NCBI GenBank assembly: GCA_951406725.2
Contig: OX597820.1
Location: forward strand, 93,992,001 to 94,056,000
Direction: 5' to 3'
Length of the DNA: 64,000 nt
Source of the DNA: Octopus vulgaris
Lineage: Eukaryota
Both the position numbers and the translations under genes were made by a program. Under the pieces are notes generated by a model. That model searched no databases. It worked only from the letters and a program-made list of their open reading frames with translations, and was not told the DNA's origin. Positions 13,216 to 25,883 of this stretch are shown here, in pieces; position 1 is the stretch's first letter, and the number at the start of each line of letters is the position of its first letter.

Positions 13216-13578
13216 TGCTTTCGAACTTTAGCATGAGGGCAGCAATTTCGGGGGAGAGGTAAGTCTATTACACCGACCCTGGTGATCAACTAGTACCTAT
13301 TTTATCGACCGCGAAAGGATGAAGGACAAAGTCGACCTGACGGAATTTGAACTCAGAACGTAAAGACGGACGAAATACAGAGAGGACAAACAAGGACAGA
13401 CAAACGGATTACGTCGATTATATCGACCCCAGCGCGTAACTAGTGCTTAATTTATTGACCCCGAAAGGATGAAAGGCAAAGTCGACCTCGGCGGAATTTG
13501 AACTCAGAACGTAGCGGCAGACGAAATGCCGTTAAGCTTTTCGCTCGGCGTGCTAACAATTCTGCCAACTCGCCACCA
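13216..13578 (-). mobile_element. Dimeric Meta-domain SINE (tail A unit + headless tail B unit)
   Basis: Two cores in tandem; flanked by imperfect TSD ACAYGTAAATATT. Confidence 0.8.
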
Positions 13579-14181
13579 TAAATACACGTAAATATTTATC
13601 GCTCTGGGAGAAAAATTAGTACGAATAACATCATGGGGAAACTATCACCCCAATGGACAAATCTCAAACTTGAAGTAAAGCAACAATAGCAATGAAATAT
13701 TCTTCAAAGAACTCTTACCAACTTTAAAATTTAGAATCACATCTTAGAACGGTATCGCTAAATTAATCCTTTCTAGAAAATCAGATCATATAGGCAAAAT
13801 GCCATGTTGGTTAGTCAAGTGATAAAGCGACGAAAGAAAACATGTCTTCCTTGATAGAACGCCAAACTATCGAATATTGTTCTCCAGAAGTTCTAAATGT
13901 CTTCTAATGCATTAGATAAACTGGACCGCATAAAATTAACTACCTTACTCAGAGACGTAACGACACTCTTGCGGTGGATCAGAACACTAAAACCACGATT
14001 TAGTAGAGTAACATAAAGAATAATACAAACGTCGCTTCAACATAATAATAAGTGAAATTAATGATATGTTATAAATTTACCGTTTTGTTTTTATAATTTT
14101 CAATGTTGTCTTTACTGTCTCTATATGAATTTCTTTTGATACATACATATATACCATATATACACCAATATATGCGTGCGC

Positions 14182-14212
<31 letters not shown>

Positions 14213-14215
<3 letters not shown>

Positions 14216-14250
14216 GGTGGCCCAAAAGTAGGTTTACAGTTATTCAACTA
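14213..14250 (+). mobile_element. Tc1/mariner-like terminal fragment
   Basis: TA followed by CAGGGTGGCCCAAAAGTAGGTTTACAG, a typical Tc1/mariner terminus; no partner TIR found. Confidence 0.45.
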
Positions 14251-14288
14251 TCTCTTTCGTATTCATATATTAACACATTAGATCATAA

Positions 14289-14517
14289 GATAGACAGGCA
14301 GATAGATAGATAGACAGACGGATAGATGGATAGACAGACAGACAGATGGATAGACAGACAGACAGACAGGCAGACAGATAGATAGATAGACAGACAGACA
14401 GATGGATAGACAGACAGATAGATGGATAGACAGACAGACAGACAGACAGACAGATGGATAGACAGACAGACAGACAGATGGATAGACAGACAGACAGACA
14501 GATAGATAGATAGATAA

Positions 14518-14582
<65 letters not shown>

Positions 14583-14643
14583 TAGATAGATAGATAGATA
14601 GATAGACAGATAGACAGACAGACAGATAGATATACAGATAGAT
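14289..14643. repeat. (GATA)n/(GACA)n compound microsatellite
   Basis: Direct reading; similar arrays at 14941-15138, 15940-16025 and 47107-47180. Confidence 0.95.
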
Positions 14644-14659
14644 GTTGGAGTAGGTCATT

Positions 14660-14940
14660 CAACCCTATTATCTCCCCTAATTTCGCTCTCGCGTCTCATG
14701 TTTGATCTTTGACTTCTGACCGAAATCAGATCGCCATGTTGATTCGTTAGTTACTGCACGCATATTTTTTCTCTCCTTCTTTCTGTGTTTTTTTTTCTCT
14801 GTGTATCTTTCTGTTGAAGAGCGTAGGCTCGAAACGTTAAAGACTTGTTTTATTTATATTTCCTGAGCGCCATACTAATACAATTGTTTGTTTGTTTTCC
14901 ACCTGCCTTCGTCTTTTATCTATTTTCATAAAGCTTCCCT
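14660..14940 (+). mobile_element. Penelope-like terminal-repeat fragment
   Basis: Contains a minimal hammerhead-like motif and sits between microsatellites. Confidence 0.5.
14806..14843 (+). ncRNA. Minimal type I hammerhead ribozyme-like motif (variant core)
   Basis: TCTTT CTGTTGA A GAGC-GTAG-GCTC GAAA CGTT AAAGA. Stem I is TCTTT/AAAGA, stem II is GAGC/GCTC, stem III is palindromic ACGT; core has A6>U. Confidence 0.55.
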
Positions 14941-15050
14941 ATAGATAGATAGACAGACAGGCAGACAGACAGACAGATAGATATACAGATAGACAGACAG
15001 ACAGATAGACAGACAGACAGACAGATAGATACACAGACAGACAGACAGAC

Positions 15051-15139
<89 letters not shown>

Positions 15140-15149
15140 CGTATTTCAC

Positions 15150-15273
15150 AAACTCCGATAATGATGAAAGGCAAAGTCGACCTCGATGGAATTTGAACTC
15201 TGAATATAAAGACAGACGAAAGGCCACTAAACATTTTATCCAACTCGCTAACATTCATGTCAGCTCGTCGCCT
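15150..15273 (-). mobile_element. Meta-domain SINE fragment
   Basis: GATGAAAGGCAAAGTCGACCTCG..GGAATTTGAACTC. Confidence 0.75.
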
Positions 15274-15938
15274 TAAAAAAAACCCCTCTTGATGAAGAAT
15301 GGAAACCGAAGCAAAGGGTTCACTTCACAAAGAATTAAATCACTCCTAACGCATAAAATAACACGCAAATTAAATTCATCAAGGATTATTATCTCAGTAT
15401 TTTAAATATAACTTTTGATTACTCAACCAGAAGTATTGTTCATTATAATCTCTAACTTAACGACCTTAATTGGCATTAATTACTAGCAGTTTAAGCTAAA
15501 GTAATATTGTTAATATTTAACAAGTGTCATGCACCATGCTATTAATAATAATATTGCATTCTAAATTCTATAAATAATGTAATTGGCAGAAAATAATAAA
15601 ATCAGCAAAACCATCTGTTTAACATGGTAAACTACTCTATGCCTTAGCTAGTTATTATTTACTTTATACAATTTTTAAATTCCTTTGCCATATATGAGAA
15701 AAAGAGATGACAAAGGGCTACAAATTATCTTATTAACTTCATTGGCTTACTACCGTTTCTGCTATAAGATGCAGTGGACTTATAGCTGAGTGCCTAAGTA
15801 ACACTTTATAGCTTCATCGGAACCCCAGACATGAAATACTCGACTAACATTACGTTCTGAAGCATATCTATATTGAGTTCTACACCATGTTATTAGTATT
15901 GCTATGTCTAAGCGAACGATCGATCGATTGATTGTTAG

Positions 15939-16016
<78 letters not shown>

Positions 16017-16627
16017 TTAGATAGATATGCATATATTCACAAACGTAAGTCTACTTTAAAACAGTTGCAAGCACCAGACAAATATAGATTACTTTTTGGT
16101 GGGTTATCTGGCCAGTAAAACCACACGTACCAGTTGAAATTTACTTCTTTAAAAATTTTTCATTAACTAATTAACTAATGAATCAGTTCTTTGATCAATC
16201 GTTTGATCAATGAACCTGTTGGTTTGTCAGTGTCCTTCTGCCACACTCCTGTGACTTTATCAATAACTTGACCTCATCTGTTCTCTGTGATAATGTACTC
16301 AATCTCTTCATTTCACAAACTGTTTTTCGCTTCTTAATACTGCATTTCTAATTTGTATTTGAACTCTGTGTGCTTGTGAATATGCTAGTGGGTGTGGGCG
16401 TCGTTTCAATTGGGGTATGTAGGTTTGTGTTTCGTGTGTGTGTGTGGGGGGTGCATTTATGTGCAAGCAAGCTTTTTTTGTTATTTATTTATGTATGCCA
16501 GCAGTCAGTGTTTAGTTAGTAACGGTCAACCTAGCGGCGGACTGGCGTCCCGTCCACGCAAGAGAGAATCTACTATTCTTAGCAGCTTAACGCCTCAGAA
16601 ACCGATACGGTGTGTGTGTGTGTGTGT

Positions 16628-16982
16628 GTGGTGTAACAAGTTTGCTTCCCAACCACATTGTTCTTAGTTCAATCACACTGCGGGACACCTTGCACTAGTG
16701 TCTTTTACAATAGCTCCAGACCGAGCAAATTCTTGTGAGTGGATTAGATAGATGGAGACTGAAAGAAGCCCGTCGTATATGTACGTGTGCGCGCGCGTCT
16801 TTGTGTTTGCCTCCCGTCACCACTTTACAAACAATGTTGGTTTATTTACGTCCCTTTTAATTAGCAGTTCGGTAAAAGAGACCAATAGAGTAAGTCTTTG
16901 GGTCAATTTGTTTGATTAAAACCTTTCTAAGCGGTGCCCCAGCATGGCTTCAGTCCAATGACGGAAACAAGTAAAAGATGAA
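16628..16982 (+). mobile_element. CORE-type SINE (octopus OR-like), decayed
   Basis: Collinear with 53861-54265; ends GAAACAAGTAAAAGA. Confidence 0.8.
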
Positions 16983-17467
16983 ATATATTACCTACATCAG
17001 CAGTATACTTCTATTCATTTTAGGCTAATGCTCTAAGTCATTTATTAGCTACAACTTCACCTCTAATCACTCACATTGATAAGGTTTCAATCGGTAATTC
17101 GATAAACTAATCGTCAATTTCCACATCCTTCGAGTTGTGCAAACCGCATTCTCGCTTCTCTCAGTTATTCAGTGCATGAGCAATTATGTGAATTCAATAT
17201 TCACACTATATAGGAACATTAAATCGACAAGTACTTTATGTTATGGTTCACAAAAGTGTGAAAAGGAAACCTAGCCAGAACTTGGACTCAAAACAAATAA
17301 GGCCATAACTAAATATCACAAGCGTTTTGTCCGACGCTAACCGAACTCGATTTAAGCAATGAAAAAACAAAAAATTAGTTTACACAACATATGTAGTAAT
17401 CACCACTACACCCATCCTTTATGAACATCTCCGCTATAAACAAGAATTAATATTCATAAAGGGTTAA

Positions 17468-17672
17468 GACGGCGAGGTGGCAGAATCGTTAGCACGCCAG
17501 GCAAAATGCTTAACGGCATTTCATCCGTCTTTACGTCCTGAGTTCAAATTTCGCCGAGGTCGACTTTGCCTTTCATTCTTTCCGAATCGATGAAATAAGT
17601 ACACTGGTGTCAGTGTAATCGGCTTACGCTCTCCCCGCGAACTTACTGGCCTTGTGCCAAAATTTGAAACCA
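17468..17672 (+). mobile_element. Meta-domain SINE, tail B
   Basis: Full head and core; TSD AATATTYATAAAG at 17449-17461 and 17673-17685. Confidence 0.85.
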
Positions 17673-18893
17673 ATATTTATAAAGAGTGAATTGTTTGTAG
17701 AAGCAAGCATAATGGGTTGATCAGTCAGCATCTCCGATGAACAAATGATATATGTAAGGTGTAATTGACACGACTTAGAATCGAAGCTTAATCAATGGTG
17801 GTTGTCACACTGTACAAAATGCATCCACAAATAAATGAAGCCAAATGCAATTAAGTATCAAATAGGAGATATGAATACAAAGTTACAAATGTGTCAAGTG
17901 CTCACGGGCAAGCGGGTACCCCAAGCACACACAACATTCTTTACGATTTGCAAATTAAATCTTGAAATTTCATTAAATTGATCCCCCTCTGTCCCTCTCT
18001 ACGTCTGCTTCTTCCAACCGACCAACTTCAATGCATGCTAACCACGTAGTCGTTCTTAGTATGTCGATCTGACATTCTGAAATGTACCATATATAGAACG
18101 AGAAGACAACATGTAAAGTTTTATTCTAAATTAAGTTTTCTCCGTAATGCCTCTCCGTATAGCTAGCACGGAAATTATCTAATTAGTTTAATTTAGTCTT
18201 CAGTTTATCAATATCCAAATGCCATAAATATTATTCAAAGATTCAAGGCGGAGAAACCTTAACTGTTTGAAACGACTTTTCTCTGATAGTTAATTATCAT
18301 TTCTTTTCTAAGTATAAGGCCAAATTCTGGAGAAGAGAGAGAGCATAATTAATAGAATCAACTTCAATTACTTACTAGTAATTATGTGAGCCAGGGAGAG
18401 AACCTCTATGTGGTTGCTGAGCCAGCTAGAAATAGCAACCAAACACGCCTTAAATCAAATACTACTGTAAATAAGGGAAATAAGACATGAACATGCAGAT
18501 TAGTCACAATAACGTAAAAAGAGATTTCTTAGGTTCTTTTAATGTTTCTTTCCCAATTGAACAGGCATGGCAAGGCAGAGGAAATTTTCTGCTCCTTAGC
18601 ATGTGCCTGCGCATAACTGCCATTTCTTGCGCCTCCTCTTGCTACGCCTAAAGCTAGTCAAAATTGGAAGGACTTTGATCATAGGTCTGTTCAGAGTTGA
18701 TCTGGGGCTAAACAACAACAGCGACCAGTAATTTCGACATCTAACAGTTATGAAAACCAAAATACATTTTCTCACTAGTTAACAAAATGAAACGAAATGC
18801 TCCGCGTCATTTAGTCCGGCGCTCTCCCATTTCGGTCAAATAATCACCTAATTATCATTTACATTAACTAACAGTTAATTTATAATTATTCAT

Positions 18894-18999
<106 letters not shown>

Positions 19000-19052
19000 C
19001 ATTCTTGAATAATATTGAAGTTAAACTAAACAATTCAGGAATCAAATAGATA

Positions 19053-19213
19053 CGTAGAGAAAGAAGTCAAAAGTTGAGCTGTTTTCAAAATGATGGCTAG
19101 ATATGAAACCAAGCAGCATTTGATCAAGACTCCAGTCTATGGCAGGCAATTTCCACAGGTAACTGTAATAACTATTCTCGAGAAAAAATTCAACAATGAC
19201 AGGATTAAATGTC
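19053..19213 (-). CDS. Candidate downstream exon of the HTH gene
   Basis: Acceptor TTATTACTTTTCTGTACAG| at 19214 and non-repetitive sequence; reading frame uncertain. Confidence 0.3.
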
Positions 19214-19510
19214 CTGTACAGAAAAGTAATAAGAGACCTGCATAAGATTCGACCATTGGTCTTGTGACCAGGATTAGTCACTAAGATAATGTGTTCTCAT
19301 CAGTAATATCGTGTAATTTCCATTAATTAAAATGTGGTGGGATTAGTCTATCGAGTATGTTGATGTCTTTCCTCTCTCTCTCTCTCTCTCTCTTCCTCAT
19401 ACATACTCACTATACCCCATACACTCACACACACATGTACTCACTCACTTCACACGCAGACACACAGTCACTTCATACACATACACTCACATCACATACA
19501 CACGCACATC

Positions 19511-19705
19511 GAGGGATTTTCTACGTTGTCATTCGACTTTTAGAAATAGCAGAAAAATGTCATTCGAATCGCACTCTACCGTTCTTAGAAAAGGAGGATA
19601 CACTAGACAACAAATTCTTTGAAATGCAAAATTACATGAGAGCCACGGCTGGAATGCTTTTTATCATATATCTACTAATAAGAACTAACCTGGGAATAAA
19701 GAACA
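19511..19705 (+). repeat. Family D copy (in the putative intron)
   Basis: TTAGAAATAGCAG...CACGGCTGGAATGC...AACCTGGGAATAAA. Confidence 0.65.
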
Positions 19706-19764
19706 GCGTACACATATACCTAAAATATATAGTATTACATTAAACTAATATCATAGATAATTGA

Positions 19765-20256
19765 TCAAAATGGACAACTAAAAACTAGCTTACCGGGATA
19801 ATTCGAAGATAGATCAAGCGCTTCTTTGTAAGACTTCAAAAGAACTGAATTATCATTTGATTTAAAACACAACATATTCGACCAAGTCGTGAATTTTAAG
19901 TTGTGCTTCCTTCGTCTGCGATATGAATGAAATTCCCTCCTGCTCCCTTGCACAGCGGTTTGTGAAGTGTTCGGGTCTTCCCCATCGCTCGGTTCATTTT
20001 CAGCCTTCATCATTTCCTGGTCGACTCCTTTCATACACTGTTCTACTTCCTCCGCTGTTTCTTCTGTTACTGTTTCTTTTCTATATAAATTTCTCATTTC
20101 TACAAACCTATTATACCAGTCATACACAGTAGATTTCTTCAATGAACTTGTACTATAGGCTGCTTGTAGTAGCTGAAAAGTTTCATCCACAGATTTACCG
20201 AGTCTGACGCAAAAGTTTATAACACACCACTGTTCCTTTAGGAGAGCGTTACTCAT
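19765..20256 (-). CDS. Mariner/Mos1 transposase HTH-domain protein (HTH_48, GVQW3-like), probably the first coding exon of a spliced gene
   Basis: EQWCVINFCVRLGKSVDETFQLLQAAYSTSSLKKSTVYDWYNRF matches the mariner N-terminal HTH pattern EQR..IKFC.KLGKSA.ET..ML..AY....L....V..W..RF. It is followed by an acidic linker and RRRRK. There are in-frame stops upstream of the ATG and a donor G|GTAAGC at 19794/19793. Confidence 0.8.
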   Translation of the reverse strand: MSNALLKEQWCVINFCVRLGKSVDETFQLLQAAYSTSSLKKSTVYDWYNRFVEMRNLYRKETVTEETAEEVEQCMKGVDQEMMKAENEPSDGEDPNTSQTAVQGSRREFHSYRRRRKHNLKFTTWSNMLCFKSNDNSVLLKSYKEALDLSSNYPGKLVFSCPF

Positions 20257-20830
20257 TTCGGAGATGGAGCAGGTGGGGATTTATGTTTTTCAGTTCTTCT
20301 ATACACTCTGCATTAGTTGATACAACATATGTACATACAGACGGATGAATATAAATAATATATACGTTATTAGATGATGCTAAATAATGTAGTTAAGATT
20401 GGCCACGTCTTTGCAACATTAATTTACAGACTTCGTTGATGAAAGTATTCAGAAGAATGGAAAAGCTATGAATGCAATTAAAAATTAATAAGAAAAACCC
20501 ATTTTAAGAATAATTAACATCCAAACCAACCAATTATAATGTTTCACTTATAAGTAATTAACCAAAATACTTAAACTCCAGCTTCTCTCCATCTACAAGC
20601 CACCTTCATAATTTTGTATCTGAAGAGGAATGTTCAAGATTTATGTCAATGTCAAATGCTAGAAAGATGAGTCAATATGTTGCCGGGTTACCGATTGAAA
20701 GGTTTGCAGTTCGTGTGTTGTTAGCTGTTGTGCATTGTGTCTTAGAAAAAGACATACTTAAATGTCAACGGCTCAATTCATCAGGGTATATAACTATATT
20801 TCACACAGGAGGCTCATAGCCTATAACATT

Positions 20831-21060
20831 TATTTCTTTATTGCCCGCAGGGAGTTAAACATAGAGGGAACAAACAAGGACAGACAAAGGGATTAAGTCG
20901 ATTACATCGACTCAAGTGCGCAACTGGTAATTACTTAATCGACCCCGAAAGGATGAAAGGCAAGGTCGACCTCGGCGGAATTTGAACTCAGAACGTAGCG
21001 GCAGACGAAATACCGCTAAGCACTTCGCCCGGCGTCCTAACGTTTCTGCCAGCTCGCCGC
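20831..21060 (-). mobile_element. Meta-domain SINE, tail A, full length
   Basis: Perfect TSD CCTATAACATT at 20820-20830 and 21061-21071. Confidence 0.92.
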
Positions 21061-21249
21061 CCTATAACATTAAAGTATAGTACGTTGAAATGTTACTGGT
21101 GAAGTCAAATTCTCAAATTATTCAACATACTGAGGTACATACAATTAGTGAGAGATATCCTTGAGCAGTCGATAGTCCACTTATGTAGGTTTCAGTCTAA
21201 GGGCACCTGTGACTCATGCTTACTCTTCTTAGTCGTATATAGTTCATAC

Positions 21250-22585
21250 CTTTTGAGGACCAGTAGTTAAAGTAAGTGAGGGTCTTATTTAACTTCAGGA
21301 AATCCGTACAGAGTGGAAAAAATTCCATCTTTTTGCTTATCTTTCTTCTGATCTCAATCTTTCTATTGTCCCTTTTACATTACTGAGAGTTTCCGATATT
21401 CTTCTAATCTCTTCAGGCTTTTTCTTTTTCCACAACCATAAAGGGTTTCCTACCCTCGTAACTCCTGGCCAATCATGTGCTGAAGGTTTCTTGGTCATCA
21501 TCGATTCCTAGCGCTCGCAGCGCCGAAGATGAGATAATTTCGTTTGCTTCTGATCTAGATATGATCAGATTAGAGACCAAGTGTGCTCTAGAAACAGTCA
21601 CTGTCTTAATCTCTGGTGCCTACTCTTATTAGTACAGCTACTTCTGTTGCTGTTTTTTCTTTTGTTCTTCTGCACGTGGCCTTTTATGCCACGCGCGGAG
21701 CAACTAGGGCTTCTGTCCTGCACTGCCATTCCCATTGAAAGCTTCTCCACTCCCTAAATGTGGTGTAGCTCCAGAGTAACCTTGTAATCATCAAAAGTTT
21801 AACAGAACTTGGAGATGCAAACCGACCTGACCACATATTATTGCTGGTCACGTTTGTGCCCACGTCATGTGTGTCCTGTGAGCACAAGTAACTACAATGA
21901 CAAACTAATGATTAACGATAATGCCATTATGTGAGGCCATGCCAAATATTGTGGCAATAGCCTTTTAGAGTTAGAGTGCATCAGCGCTACTTTACTCCTT
22001 GCCTGAATACCGGTCTTAAAGACCACTCCTATCAACCACTGAGAACGCATCTTGCCGTACATTGGCTATGGTTTCCTTCAATTTTTCTTTCGAGAGTATA
22101 CAGAAACATACCAATTTTTTTCTTTTTTGTAAAAATAAGAGGTATTTCACCTTCTTCCATGACCTTTTTTCAATAAATTCGTCGGGTAAAGAGGCAATAC
22201 CTTTTGTAACGAACTTCTTCCTTTGCCTCTTTTTTCTTGAATTTGCTGAAGATGAGTCGCTTCTTTTGACTCATGAGATTTGCAAAGGTGGAACCTGGTA
22301 GTTGTTGTAGTTGATGTTCGTACAGTTTTTTCATTCAAATAAACATTTTCAACATTAGTATCGTTTGTGTCTCCCATTGTAAACAGTAGGCGTTTAAATC
22401 TGAACATTTTCCTGCACGTTTGATTCTTTCCCATTATCTGATTATTCTAAATTCTGCTTTTTTTGTTTTTGTTTTGGGTTTTTGTGTTTCAAAATAATTT
22501 GAGGGTGTGTGTATTTACATTACTGAGGCTATTGCTATTACACTGTGCTGACTTCCATGTTATTCGTGAAGCGGCCATTTTGCAA
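21250..22585 (-). pseudogene. Decayed LINE ORF1 (gag-like, zinc knuckle) with 5' UTR
   Basis: 21723-21661 reads VQDRSPSCSARGIKGHVQKNK, a damaged GR.P.CX2CX4HX4C knuckle. Frameshifted coding-like sequence extends upstream to ATG 22434. Confidence 0.55.
22571..22582 (-). promoter_or_regulatory. YY1-like site
   Basis: CAAAATGGCCGC, about 140 bp upstream of the ORF1-like ATG. Confidence 0.35.
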
Positions 22586-22708
22586 CACGTGTAAGCATTC
22601 CAAATGGCTCATCGCCAGTAAATATAAAACTTAGTTTGAAACATTAAGAAACCTTTCCTCGCAGAGCTCTCAGACGGAAACATCCCTTCACTTCTACATG
22701 GAATGATG

Positions 22709-22775
<67 letters not shown>

Positions 22776-23212
22776 TAATGACAATGAAATGTGTGTCCTA
22801 CAAAAACAAACTGTTGCAATTTCAAGTCTAACTGAAAAGTGAAAGTTTTTATAACGTTAGTTTGAATTCCAGATAGTAAAAAGAAGCTCTGGCAAGGAGA
22901 ACAAAATGACTATACCAGTATAAATATATGCGGTGTGAAACAAAAAACTTTTAAAGAAACCAAATATCACACACACACTCAAGAGATGTTGGAGGCTCTG
23001 CCAAAGATTCTGTAAATGCCTGATTTTATATGAGCCAAAGTAGTTTTATAACTGTTTTATGGCTGTAATTAGGTAAAAAGTAACATCGGAAACAATGAAC
23101 CACAGATTATAATGAAACCTAGCGTTTAGTCCCGCAGTTAAAACACACTACTGGTCTTTATCATTTTCACATTTAACCAGCGGCTGACAAGAAGGAATTT
23201 AACAAAATCCGT

Positions 23213-23266
<54 letters not shown>

Positions 23267-23291
23267 CGTGTGTGTGTGTGTATGTACAAAG

Positions 23292-23327
<36 letters not shown>

Positions 23328-23417
23328 CGTGTCCTTAAATATTGCATGTTCACCATAGCGCTATCACCGATCTGACAATGGTGCTCTACTATTTAAGTAC
23401 CTGATTCTTCTGAATCC

Positions 23418-23459
<42 letters not shown>

Positions 23460-25342
23460 ATTCATATATCCGAAAAAGAAGCACATGTATGCATGTAGGT
23501 AGGTAGTTATGCGAGCTTAAAATATATTAAAGTGTATTAACTGACGCACGCACGCGTGTGTATAGGTGAATTGTGGAACATAAAGATAAAGTCGTGAAAT
23601 ATGATTCAGTGATAGTTCTTTTCACTGTATTCGTTCCGGGTCTCTGCGCTCGAATCCCGCATGGATTAACTTTACCTTTTCTTTCAGAGTCGATATGTAT
23701 AATACTAGTCAAGAGATGGATTAGAGTAATTTTCAGAGTCAGACGAGATGTCAGCTCTTTGTGTTCTGAGATTAAATGGTGCTTATAGATTCAAATTCCC
23801 CCAGAGGTCATGTCATTTCCTTTAGATCACTGAAAGAGTGTTTCTATGCAGACGCTGACAGCGTGTGGCACATGCATCCGTCTGCAGTTAGGTAAGTCCC
23901 TAATCGTCTCAACATGAGTGTGTGACAGAGATAGGGCTTTGAAGACCAAATACTGCGTGGAACGAATTCGATACACTTTCTCCACATTAGCCACACTCAT
24001 TAGAGAACTACCCTAAGAATTCAGAAATATTGGAAGTCTCCTTGATAATGAGGAGTCACCCGCCTCTCTCTCCCCCTTCCTCTATGTGTGTATGTGTGTG
24101 TCTGATTGGTTAAGAAGATCGCTTCGCAATCACGAGTTCTCGAGTTTGATTCCCACTGTCAGGCATCCCAAGAAAGCGTCTTTTATCATAGGTGAGTTGA
24201 CAAATGACTCTTATAAATGAGCCCTGTGAGCTTCTACACGAAAACAATGTAAGACCCCCATTTGGATTGATTATACCACCAGCACTTATTCTACCTAATG
24301 ATAACGTTAAAAATACAAATGTTTGTGGAGCAGAAAGAGTAAATCACTCGTTAACTAGTTCATTTGATTGATCGCTTGGCATACACCCCGCCGAAGCTGA
24401 CGGAGATCCACTTACATAATATTATATCTGCATAAAAGTTTAGTGCTGCTTGTTTATATGCTACATTTCCCACCGCCATTCCAGCTGTACCACAACGCAG
24501 TCTCTTCACGCATCTTTCTTATATCTATCGTCTTTACTCTCTTCAAGTCTCTATTGGAACATCTTTTCCCTTTCCTTTAACAATTCTCTTCCTCCTGCTC
24601 TCTCACTTTCTTTCTTTCCCTGCCCACCTCTCTCTCTCTCCAGTTATCTTTCTATATTGCCTGATCTCCAAGACGATCTGCTGAAGCCATTATTTATGCT
24701 GTAGACCAAGAAAAATGTCTTCTTTTGCTTTTTCTTATAGCATTACCTCATCATAACGTTCTTATCCCCTTCTTCTCATAGTACATACACTTACGTTCAA
24801 AAACACACACATGTACATGCACACACATACTCATATATATGCATGAACATACAAATAAATTCACACACACACATATATATGTATGTACATACAAATTTGT
24901 ATGCGTATATGCATTCACACGCACGCATACATATAAGCACATTTGTTTGTGATCGAGAGAGAGGGAAGAGGAGGACAGAGGCAGACTGCGAGATACAGAG
25001 AGGCAATATTCATCTTCATAACGCAAGACTAGACAAGGTTTTTAATACGAATCTCGTATTAACCAGAATGCCAGCCTCTCTGAAAGCGTCACACCACCCT
25101 CACAACCACAAGCCAAAACAGCGTGATCCTACAATCGCCATGAATGTGACCAACACTACATCCCACATCGCCACCACCACCAGGCACAGCCGCTACTTCA
25201 TATTTTAGTTCTTCAGTGCAATTATGTATCCGGCACCATAATACTAGAACCGGATACGTACGACAATTGGCTAAGTGGGTCCATACGAAAGGGTGCTGGC
25301 ATTAATATTTCCTACGGAAACTTCAGGTAAATTTCACACGAT

Positions 25343-25385
<43 letters not shown>

Positions 25386-25553
25386 CACACGCACACACAT
25401 ATATACGATGGGCTTATTTCAGTTTTCGTCTACCAAATCCTCTCACAAGTCTTTGGTGAGCTCGAGTCTACAGTAGAAGGCACATGCATAGGGACTGAAC
25501 CCGTAACCATATGGTTGCGAAGAAAGCTTCTTACCACACTGTCACACTAGCGC

Positions 25554-25586
<33 letters not shown>

Positions 25587-25592
25587 CGATAA

Positions 25593-25883
25593 AACTTCGC
25601 CCTTTTCAAGCCTAGACAGGCTCATGGGCCCGGTTTCCCGGTTTCTGTGGCGTATGTGTTCCCCCCAGCTGGACGGGACGCCAGTCCATCGCAGCGTTAC
25701 TCAAGAAACAGGAAGAGAGAGTGAGAGAAAGTTGTGACGAAAGAGTACAACATGGGTCGCCCCACCCCACCCCCTGCCGGAGCCACGTGGAACTTTTAGG
25801 TTTTTTCGTTCAATAAACTCACACAACGCCCGGTCTGAGAATCGAAACCGCAAGTCCGCTGCCCTAACCACTGGGTCATTGAG

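Noticed and set aside
15748-15803. GCTATAAG/CTTATAGC hairpin as a possible miRNA
   Set aside because: Only 8 contiguous pairs and a poorly paired outer stem; within chance expectation
22246-22278. CTGAAGA + TGAGTC/GACTCA stem, hammerhead-like
   Set aside because: No GAAA after the stem and no stems I or III; lies antisense within the ORF1 relic
22790-23215. Possible further Penelope remnant
   Set aside because: Motifs too eroded to support by eye
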